Both the position numbers and the translations under genes were made by a program. This document shows, piece after piece, positions 24,257 through 35,700 of a stretch of 64,000 bases of DNA. The DNA is taken from contig OZ037768.1 in assembly GCA_964035545.1 (NCBI GenBank), forward strand, positions 2,512,741-2,576,740. Reading direction: 5' to 3'. Within the stretch, counting starts at the first letter, position 1, and each line of letters starts with the position of its first letter. The notes under the pieces were generated by a model. The model had not been told where the DNA came from, did not search any database, and saw only the letters and a list, made by a program, of their open reading frames with translations. The stretch is from Bugula neritina. Its lineage: Eukaryota; Animalia; Bryozoa.

Positions 24257-27200
24257 ATGGCTTCTCCTGAGGAAATTCGGCTTTTCACAATATCATCTGA
24301 AGTTCCTGAAACAAGGTCGCTTCACAAAACTGCTTTTTCGGAATCTCAGGTGAGAGACTTCTGACTCCAATTCTTATTCTAAGTTTCAGCCCCAGCCTAG
24401 CACCGAGTCTCAGTCTTTTTGATAAAACTAAATCAAAATGATTCTGAAAGTGATGATCATCATCATTATCATAGTTATAGTATAAGTATCACAGTTCCGC
24501 TGTCACTCACACTGTGCCTAGCTCATACAGTCGATACAGCTTGAGGTTTAACTTTAGTTTTTAAGTAAAAATGAAATTTTTCAAAGACTTAGATCATAGA
24601 TGGATCGAAAGTTTAAGCTGATTTTTAATTATTTACAAATTAAAACAAGAAATTTATAGTTTTTAATTCCTTAGCACTTGCTTTTAATTTGCACATTCAG
24701 CATTTATTTTCAGCATCTTATAATTATAGTTATTTATGTGGTGTGCACACCACACATCTTTATTTTATTGTAACTGTAAGGCAATTTCAAGTGTTTTACT
24801 GACTTTGATTTACAAGTATTTAAACTGTTTTAGGAACAAGATGTACCAACTGAATACGGCATCATAAAGGTTGCAATTCAAGGAAACACAAAAAAGCCAG
24901 CTATTATAACATATCATGACATTGGTCTCAATCGTATGTATATAATATATCTCGTGACTTGGCTCTATGTTTAAGAGAAAAAGTTTTGTGTTACTTGAGT
25001 AGCTCATCATGTGTCGTTTACTATGAAGCATGTTGGCTGTCATGAATCTCAGTTTGAATCTATCTTCTGCCAGTCTTTGATGTTGTTTATCCTCACATTC
25101 TTGTGATTTTTAATTCTAATATAGTTCTTTGAGTACCATTTTTCCTTGTCAAATGGCCAAATAAGTAGCACACTACCATCTTGGCTGAAATAAGGCTATA
25201 TTTTGTAAAGTGGCACCACATTCACTGAAATGAATATTTTCAGATGTCACTGGATTCCAAAACTTCTTCCATTTTACTGATATGGTAGTTATTCTGGAAC
25301 ATTTTTGTGTCTATCACATCAACGCTCCTGGACAAGATGATGGAGCTCTACCACTGATTCAAGGGTAGGTCAATGTATATTCACTTCATGCTCTCGGCTC
25401 AAACATTGTTCTGGTCTGTTGTATCAATATTTTTTCAACAAATAGAAATGAAAATTCAACTCTCGTTTTGGGCAAGCAGCTGTGCTGGAAATATGTTATT
25501 TTTTATTTCGTTTCTTAGTTACATCTGAGAATGAATAAACTTTTGACAAAATGTCAGTCTTTTATAAGCTGACAGAGAAATAAGAATGGCTTTAGTACAA
25601 TTTGTTTTACTGTTTTAGTTAACATTTGCCCAGCTACTTGTTTTGCAACTCTGAGTTTGTTGTGAATCAGTAACTGTAGAACTTTCCAGAACAAGTATTT
25701 TATTGAGGGTTGTTTGTGTTACAAATATCTTATTTCATAAAGTTTCACAATCATGTTACCAGGACTTCTAACTGTTTATTTCATACTACAGGAAGATTAA
25801 CCGACAGAAAGATGGGTTTGTATTTCTTCACACAAAGTGATTTGGGTGGTGACAGTAGCTCTTTTCCACTGCCATATAAATACATGATTTGTACTACTTA
25901 CACAATTAATTTGCTCTCTGTGATTGCTAAGTTTCAGGTGTAACATCAGGCTTTGACTTGTCTGGTTAGAAAGCTTCACATTAACACAATAAACACGTCA
26001 AGTCATGCCATCTCTGTATAGATTATTGCTCTCCCCAGTGCACGAAGTGCTCTGGGTATTACCTGCGCTGATTTTTGCTGGTTTGTTTATTACCTGCGCA
26101 AGGAATAAACAAAACTAGCAAAAGCACACCTGAAACCTTTTCAGTGAGACTTTGTGTTAATCTAATTTCTGCAGTATAAATATGCTGCCCTTCTTGCCAT
26201 GCTGACACAGAGTCTGTTTTCTAGTTTCTCCTTCGTAGCTAGTGACACTGTATTTCTGTGTTATCTAAATAGGGCAGTGTTTATCTACTGAGTATAATAT
26301 ACTGGCGGTAGCACTTAGGACTGTGTTAGCTTCTAATTTCCCTTCTTAGCTGAAAGCACACAGTCATTTAGTAGAAGTATGTTATCTATACATAATGTAG
26401 TGTATATTGTAAGCTGTGTAGCTGTAATATACACATACCTGATTCATAACACCAGCCACTCTTTATTCCTCATTCTGTAAGCATAGTATTGATTGGCCCA
26501 TGTGTTACTGATCTACAAAGTAGGTTGAAGTAATAATATGCAAGAAATAGTGTTATCTTGCTTTTCATGAGTAATAAATGTGTAACACATTGCGCTATAC
26601 AACTTGTTCCAATGAGTGTCATTAACATCATGTGTTCACTCTCTACCCCTCCCCTCCTGTGTACAGTAACAGTGTCTTATCCACTTCTCCTCACCTGGTG
26701 TATCTCCACCATTACCTGGTGTATCTCTACCATTACCTGGTGTATCTCTACCAGTACCTGGTGTATCTCTACCATTACCTGGTGTATCTCTACCATTACC
26801 TGGTGTATCCTATACCATTACCTGGTGTATCCTATACCATTACCTGGTGTATCTCTACCATTACCTGGTGTATCTCTACCATTACCTGGTATATCTCTAC
26901 CAGTACCTGGTGTATCTACTCCATTCACCTGCATTAACACTCCATTTAAAGTATTGTGTGATGAGATTTATAGAAGGTTATATTGGTGTAGTATAGTAGT
27001 AAATTATACAGAATGACGGCATGTTCTAATCTTACATGTCATGTGTACAGGTGTAATTGATATTTAATTGCCTATTCTGAATCTAGCCAAGTATGAGTGA
27101 TTGGCTGCAGGGTAGTTCCGTGCACTACTATCAGTATGATTGCAGCACACATTCTCTTTAGAATAAAACTATCTAAATATTGCAAGCAGTGCAAACACAC

Positions 27201-30200
27201 TTCCACTTGTGTACAATAACTCAATGGGTTTTAAACCTAGATCTGTGAAAATAAATATATTTTTCATTACTTAAGGTACTATACTAATTTCTTACCTGCA
27301 GTATGAAAAATCTGCTGTAGAAACTGTGTAATTTAGATTATTTTTGTTGAAAGCCAACTTTAGCTGTAATGAGGTGTAAACGTCATTATTGTAGGCAGAC
27401 TGTTGTTTCACCCATAACTTACACCTAAGTGTTGTATTAAATTGCAATGCTATTTGTAACTTATATGCTAAACTCTGTCTTTTGCATATGCTAGGATTTC
27501 ATTTAGAATTTCAATACATCTAAACATACTCGCTGATTTTCTAGAGCTTCTATGGTGTATATATAACCAATTTACTAGCTGGAATTTCTTGCTTGGCTCA
27601 CACTATTAATAACTTTTCTAATCTGAAGTAGATAGTTTAATAACCTTGTCTACATGATATGTCCAATAATTCTAGTACTAGTAATAGTAGTACTCGCACT
27701 GAGACTACTAGTAGTACTAGTACTAGTGCTATTACTAGTAGTACTAGTAATAGTAGTACTCGCACTGAGACTACTAGTAGTACTAGTACTAGTGTTATTA
27801 CTAGTAGTGCTAGTAATAGTAGCAGAGTTCTTACTAGTAGTACTAGTTACAGTAGCAGAGTTATTGAACTAGTAGTAGTGCCAGTAATTTGTAGGTTTAC
27901 TATAACCAATTACTGTTAACTCTTATCTTGTTATTGTTTATACTTGCATAACATGTCTTGTTTCAACTAAGACAATGTTTACTTATAATATTTATACAGT
28001 GAATTACGATTAGGGAAACTGTTTTTGTTTACCGCTCCCTACCCTAAGCAAAGGTTTTTATATTTCGTCCTGACCCTTTGACCAGTGCATACATATCTAT
28101 ACTGTAGTATTGGCTCAGCTCTAATGTTGGTAGCCAATTCTTGTAGGTATGTGTATCCCACCATGGATCAGCTTGCTGATACAGTTAGTGCTACTGTGTC
28201 CTATTTTGGCCTCAGATCTGTGATTGGGTTTGGTGTTGGAGCTGGGGCTAATGTTTTAGCCAGATATGCTGTGAGTATAGTACATTATACTAAATGTAAG
28301 ATGATTGAGTGGCTATTGTACGTGTATAATACTGAAACTAACCTTACCTGGGTACATAGTATTATAATTAGGTTGATTATAAAGTCATGCTGTATGATGA
28401 ATAATATATACATAAAGTGATAGGACTACCATATTATCTGTATTTCTAGAATAATCAAATGACAATTACAAGCTCACTCTAAAATGGCATTGTATTATAT
28501 TTAATATGGAAATAACCTAAAAGATATTATGCTCCAAGAAAGAAAATATTGACACAAGTGTTATTATATAATGCTTACTGTATTGCTGTGAACTAGCTCA
28601 TTATATTATATTATATTATATTACCTCCACTCTTGGTGACTGCATGTCATGGTGTTTGGTTTTAGCTGAAGAATCCAAAGAAAGTTGAGGGGCTGGCATT
28701 GATCAACCCCGACGCTGCCCAGTGTGGCTGGGTGGAATGGGGCTATCAGAAGGTGAGTCAATATTTAATCTCAGAGATTCTCTCAATTCATCAGCTACTA
28801 TTGAGTTTGCTGGAAAAAGTTTTCTCGGTTTTATTTTCTAATCACAGGTAGACATGTGTGTGGTAAGCTAGCAGCTAGCAGTATCATTTCCTGCTCTTTT
28901 TTAGTTCAACTCCTGGTACCTGAAGAGTGGAAACTTGACTCAGTATACTGAAGACTATCTCCTCTGGCACTGGTTTGGCAGAGTAAGTTCTACAAGCCAT
29001 AGAGTCACCATACTAATTGTTACCCTCAGAGGGTAGACAACTTCAATGTGTAAACTACTTGTTTTCTGTGCTTATTTTTTTTCATTGATATTCGGAAAAG
29101 GTTTTTGGATTTTTGTATGTTTAGCCCTGAGTTTTTAAATCATGCCAGCCTTAGCCTCTGCTATAGTCTGCGATTTTATGGCTACATTGTTTCACAGGCT
29201 ACGAAAGACAGTAACACAGACCTGGTCCATGTCTACCGACAGTATATCAAGACTATTAACCCAGTCAACCTTGCTCTTCTCATAGACTCCTACTGTGCCA
29301 GAAGTGACCTCAAGCTAAAACGACCTTCACCTAATAGCCAAGATAAAACAGGCTCTCTCAGGTTGTTAGATATTTGAATTTATTCCAAGATCTTGTATTT
29401 TCCTTTCCTCAATGCCAATAGGTGTCAAGTTTAATTCACATTAACGTTTTAAAGTTCTATTTATTTAAGCCAAAAATAGTTGAGCTGTGTTTATAATTAG
29501 TTGTCTTTTTACTGTGTTATACCCTCTACTAACCATGTAGATGCAGGGTGGTTTTGCTAAGGTTATAAAATACTGATGAGCTTTTTAAATAGCGGTAAGC
29601 TAAGGGTCACTGGTAGTTGTTATATCACATGTCATCAAAATTTTGAAAATCGTTAGCAATGTTAAAGTATTTGTTTTGCTACTTTAAGATTTTTCAAGGA
29701 AAAACCTTCTGGGGTAAATACTGTCACCTGTTTATCCTATGAGGTGAATATTGCAGGTGCAACTGTATGCTGGTGGTGGGAGATCACGGACCACTAGTTG
29801 ACGAGGCGGTAGACATGAACAGTAGAATGGACCCCGCTATCACCACACTCGTCAAAGTATGCTCTCTGTACATTCTACTACCTCTTACTGAATTGTAGCT
29901 GAGCTTTGGTCCTTGAGGGGGAATAACTCCATATCATAAAACTTTGATATTTTATAAAAAATATGGCTAGAATAGCAGTACATGGCAGTACATGGCTAGA
30001 ATTCTCTTTATTCCAAACATGCTGTAACATTGTGAAGCTATTGGTATATAGAACAAGTGTAGGGCCGTGTGTATGTATGTAGAGGCTATATGTGCACATA
30101 TTTAGGCCATATGCAGCCCACATATTAGTATATATTGACATATATTATCTGTTGGGTTATTCATTTTTATCAAATGTTATAATAGGTATGAGTAATTATA

Positions 30201-31446
30201 TAATACTCATACCTAACATAATATAACATAATGTACTATAGTATGGTTTATATAACATCACCAGTGTCGTGCATTGTTGGTTTTCTATAAATATTTATAT
30301 GGTGTCTTGTAAAGTTTCTATTTCCTTAATGATATATGATCCGCTATGGTTGATGCACTAAGCATAGTGATATACTAGCTAAAAATTTAATTATAGTATA
30401 ATATAGTATAGTTATTATATATTAATATAAGATATGCAATATAATGTATGTGTTATATTTTTATATATCATATTATATAAATATATAACACACAGTATTT
30501 TATATATTTATATTATAAATTATAAGTTGTGCCATGTATGTGTATACTGGTGTTTCTGTACTGCAGCTCCAAGACTGTGGCGGCATGGTTCTAGAGGAAG
30601 CCCCTTCTAAGTTGGCAGAGTCATTCAGACTCTTCCTACAAGGTCTCGGTTACAGTAAGTTCTCAGTCTATACAATAAGATTGTGATACTGTGTGTTATA
30701 TTCCACAGTAAGCTACTGGGATTAGCCTGACAATAATACTACGTACTAGATGCGTTGTGTAGATGTGTATATTTCCAAGTAACTGAATAACTAACTGATT
30801 AGAGAAGAATAGGCTGATGAACACTGTGAAAGCATTTATTATTTTTTGAATATTGATCAATATGATAATTGCTGCCAATAGAAAAGTAATTTCATTTTAT
30901 TTTATTTCTGCATTTGCATTAACAAAAAGAAATATCACAGCATTAAAACTTTGATTCACACAATTATTCGATATTTAGCAACTTGAATAATAAACTATCA
31001 AATTAATATATTTTATAGGTTATTATTGTTTATGTTGCATACCTATACAGAGTAATTTTAGGCATAGTTATGTTTGCAATATATTCGCTGTACCTTTCTG
31101 TTTTCATTTTAAAACAAAGACATCTCCTAATAAACTTAGCAGAAAAATCGTGCTAATAATATTGTCTAGTCTGAACTAATTTTTCTCGTCTAAGATCATT
31201 TTATAAATCATGTAAGTTTATGTAATCTAAGAAATATAATTGATTAAATACAAGCTAGTATATTAGTATATTATAAATATTTCCACAATACAACATTTAA
31301 TATCGCGTACTCTTGTAGTTCCCCTATTGAGTCAGGCTAAGCTGGTGGAAGCCAGGGAGAAACACAAGTCTATACCAACTGATCCATTATCCACACTAAC
31401 AGCAGGTGGAGATAATGATGACTCCCTGTTTCCAACCAACTGTTAG
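24257..31446 (+). CDS. NDRG: NDRG family protein (catalytically inactive alpha/beta-hydrolase fold)
   Basis: Exons 24257-24349, 24834-24933, 25244-25364, 28147-28270, 28666-28752, 28905-28982, 29198-29361, 29757-29856, 30567-30654, 31319-31446. Motifs ITYHDIGLNH, HINAPGQ, YPTMDQLA, IGFGVGAGANVLARYA, DCGGMVLEEAPSKLAESFRLFLQGLGY. Confidence 0.96.
26692..26918. repeat. 21-22 bp intronic minisatellite, about 10 copies
   Basis: Unit tacctggtgtatctctaccat in NDRG intron 3. Confidence 0.95.
27672..27860. repeat. 66-bp tandem duplication built from ACTAGT/AGTACT palindromes
   Basis: tactcgcactgagactactag at 27691 and 27757, followed by a decayed third copy. Confidence 0.85.
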
Positions 31447-32799
31447 GGGTGCTACTCACAACCTCTCACACTAACTCTCGATGACTGCTGATGATCTGAG
31501 GCTATGTTCTCACAACTGAGAGGCTAGAAGATCTGCTACTACTCTAATCTAGTTAATATATATGATGCCAAATTATTGTTTTATTATCATACTTATACTA
31601 ATTGTTATAAATTAATGTTTGTTGTTTGTTATTAAAGACTGTGCTATTACATAGGTATATTATCTCAATGTTATGGTAAGATTTATCCCTTCTTAAAATG
31701 TATAATGGTATACACAGTGGGCATTGGTGCATGACCTGCTAGCATGTTAAATGTTTTGATGGCAAAGTCCTACTCATGCATGTGATATTAAATACTTAAA
31801 CCTAAGTTGTAAAATTTCATTGTGCATTTTTTCTACTCTGTGTACTTGTATTGTAAATGTATACATACTAGTATGTATAAGTATAATAGACGGTACAAGT
31901 AAATATGTATTATTTTACTTTGTGTTTATTGTACTTAACTGGTTATGCCACACCTTATATTTTACTTCACATGTAGAGAAAAGCAAACAAACATAAAATT
32001 TATGTATGATTTCAATTCTTGAGCAAATCCTTACTTGCATAGATGATAATTATAAATTTAAGCTTTAAACTAATATATAGAAATTATAATGTGTCTTCAT
32101 TTATTATACAATATGGTTTATACAATAAAAATAAATTTTTCTGTTTTAATATAATGATGTGTAGTGAAGCTTAATTGACTTACGATTTTTTTCATCTTCA
32201 GGCCAAATGAAAAAAAACTGTGACAAAATTTGCCCATTTGTAATTGCAGTTCGACTTCACTTTTAAAACGAAATAAGGAAGCTAAAAGATTCATGAAAAT
32301 ACCAAATAATGATTGATAACTTGTTCTTTTTCTTATTAACAAAAATGTAATTGGTAGTTTTTCATGAATAAACAGGAATGTTTTCTGGGAGTTGTCCTAA
32401 CAACAACAAGTATATCGTATAGTCTGTGGCCAAAGTTTGTTCAGCGGCTATTGCGCATGAAATGAAATAGACGTCCGTCGACAATATTTACATCGCGAAA
32501 AACAAGTAAACTTGCCAGTTTTAGTTTATATTCATATTGATATTATAATACTAGGGTTTGAATTTCTCATATCGACTAACATTATTGTCAAAGTTTAAAA
32601 TTAAATACTTTGCCAATATGATGTAAGCTGATGAATGATTAGTGATGGAGTTACAATTTCAATTTGCTTCTCAATTTTAATTTTAAGGCTGAAGCATCCA
32701 AATGCACGAGACTGATCACTGAGTCAAAGTGAAAGTAAAACTCGAAGTGTCGAGCAGCGTTTTTTTAATTAGTTGCATAGTTAAAATAAAAATATAAAT

Positions 32800-35700
32800 A
32801 TGGAAATTGGAAAACGAGGTATACCAAAACTAAGGGAGATTTTAAGGCGTCAAAGAGGAGACTCAGAAGTAAGTTTTGTGGCTAATGCTTCTACTTTTAA
32901 TTATACTAAGTCTAATAGTAATACTAATAGTAATACTAATAGTAATACCAAGAGACAGAGTAATACTAATAGTAATAATTAAATCTGATAGTGATAATAA
33001 TTTGACAGCAAAGTTAGCTTTCTAAACTGAAGTTTGTATCTCTGTGTTAATATTGATTTTTGTTGGTTTAAGGTAGATGTCTTAAATGAAAGTGTTAGAG
33101 TTTGTTTTATTTCATTCAATGTGTTTTTGTTGTTTCTAAGCTAGTTTTAGTAATCTAATTAAACATACGATGTTTCTGTTGATTCTCACACTTCTTGCTA
33201 TTATTCTTTTTTAGTCCAGTGATGCACCTGATGTAGAATTTGTGTACGATGATGCGGATGAGCACACAGTAGAATTAGCAGGTATACTTGCAACAAAAAT
33301 TCAATAAGGAAATAATTTCATAGACATAGCTTTAAATTGCCATACAGGTTTAATATATAACTTCAAGGACTCACTCACTGATTCAATTTAAAACTATTGT
33401 CTAGCTGACTCCTCGACACATTCTTGAAATTGATGCACACATGTAACTTGAGCAAAATCAGAAACCTCATTCTAAGTCATTATAGTGTTTTATAGAATTA
33501 TTATTTTTATTTGAACTTTGAAATAGCCTTTATTGGTAAACTTATGTTCTGTTACAGAGTTATACAGCTACACAGAATATCCTGATTTTGCTCTTAACAA
33601 GCAGGCATTTACAGAGCATTTTGCACAATATGGTGAGTGTTTGATACATGCACTATGTTCATCAATGTACTCCTTCTACCATACAACATGGGTTAAAAGT
33701 TGGTACCTTTTTTAAATGTTCAGAAAGCTTTAGATCTCTCTAGTGTACCTAGTCTATTGAAACAAATACAATTGTTATAGAAATACGACGCCTGGAGTAG
33801 GAAAGTAAAAACCTGTAATAAAGAAAAAAGTATCATCAATGTTACAATCGTGCTTCAATAATCCTTATATTTCACTCATCTATGTCATGCCCTTTATCTT
33901 TTTATATTTTATGTTGGTATATTTCTTAAGCAGCATAAACATGTCTTTTAGACAAAATTTAGTTAGCTCTTTCTAAAATGGCTTTGATATTTTATATCAG
34001 TTCAAGTCTTCAGTTGGTTATCAAATAAAGTTTGGGCTACTAAGTTGCTAGGCCATAATTTCGCTGTTTGTCAATTACTCTTTCTACTGTAGTTTTACCA
34101 ACTTGTTTGACTTGTTGCTTAGCAACTGATTTCGTAGTGCATTTGTCATGTCTTGCAGGGAGACACAATGGCGGCTGGAGCACAGCTAATGACAGTTTAC
34201 GGAGCAACTATCTTCTACACCTGCTCAATGATATAGAAATGGCGGACAGGGCAAGACGTCTGCAACTTCTGCGCTCCATACTCTATCTATGTCAAGGTCA
34301 GGTTAATTCTATTGCTACTACTTGCTTCCCTTTATCCCCCAGCTTCTTTAGTTCTCACTGAGTGATGATAGTGACGTGGCCCAAAGAGCTATCAGTCTAG
34401 TTGAATATCGTACGAATGTAAGAGGGAGAATATAAAGCATACACAGTTGGTGTTTGTGTTTGCTAATACACTGTGTATACTGTGAGGTGTAGAGGTATAA
34501 TCTACTGCCAGGTGTGTATACTGTGAGGTGTAGAGGTATAATTTGCTGCCAGGTGTGTATACTGTGAGATGTAAAGGTATAATCTGCTCCCAGGTGTGTT
34601 TACTGTGAGGTGTAGAGGTATAATCTGCTGTCAGGTGTGTATACTGTGAGGTGTAGAGGTATAATCTGCTGCCAGGTGTGTATACTGTGAGGTGTAGAGG
34701 TATAATCTGCTGCCAGGTGTGTATACTGTGAGGTGTAGAGGTATAATCTGCTGCCAGGTGTGTTTGGAGAAGCTGAGAACGAGTCACAGCTGATGAGCAA
34801 CTCGCGGCACAACGTCTTCCTGCTCTATGAATCGGGTTTCTTCGTCATACTGATTGAGTTGCTGAATTTAGAGGCGGAGAATAGTGTGGCAGCGTCAGCT
34901 CCACTGAGGAAACCCGCAGTCTCTATTGCCGACAGCACTGAGCTCAGGTGAGTCGTTCAGCTGTAAATCTTTCACCTTTCTGTGGTGTCACTAAATCTTT
35001 AGAAATTTGTACTTGGCCTGGTTTCTCTTTTTATAATAGATTTGAAGCATTCAATTTATGATTTAAAATTGTAGACCAGTTTCCCTTCTTTATTGTATGT
35101 GGATTGAAATGAACATCCAGTGTAGGTTCGGCTATAGATCTTTGTGTACAGGTGATGAGGAATTGCATTCTCTTGATGCCCTTTTCCTGATTTAGTCAAT
35201 TGTCTATATGCATGTGACAACAGCTATTCGTAGCCATTTATTTATTATAATCCTAAAGTATACATGTGGCATTGTAATTTATTATATTTAATTGATACGT
35301 GAAGATAGTATGGTATTGGAATTATAAATACATTATATATATTATTATATGTTATCAATATATATTATTTTTATTGTATTATTCCATTTAATCCTTTCAG
35401 TTGATCAGTATCCTTGGTAACATGACTATACCCCTGATGTCTTCTACAACTTTTTATTATGACTCACTTAACAGCTCTGCACTATTTGTTTCTGCAGAGT
35501 CATTCTCAGCCTGCTCTACATAATAGTGGAAACAATGAGAGTCGAACATGCCGATGATACGTCACACCAACAGGAAATGAAGGCCACATTCGCCACGGAG
35601 CTCGGCATGCCGATGTTCAACAACGAGCCTGTAGCTATTATCCTCTTCAACATGATCACCAAGTTCTGCAATGGCTCAGCGTCTCACTTCCCTGTGAAGA

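Noticed and set aside
26558-27919. Repetitive ORFs (TITWCIS, LVVLV, poly-S/T)
   Set aside because: They overlie intronic minisatellites in NDRG and are open in several frames, a repeat artefact.
34362-35190. C/D snoRNA candidates (GTGATGA at 34362 and 35152)
   Set aside because: The first has no downstream CTGA; the second has CTGA only about 30 nt later and no terminal stem.
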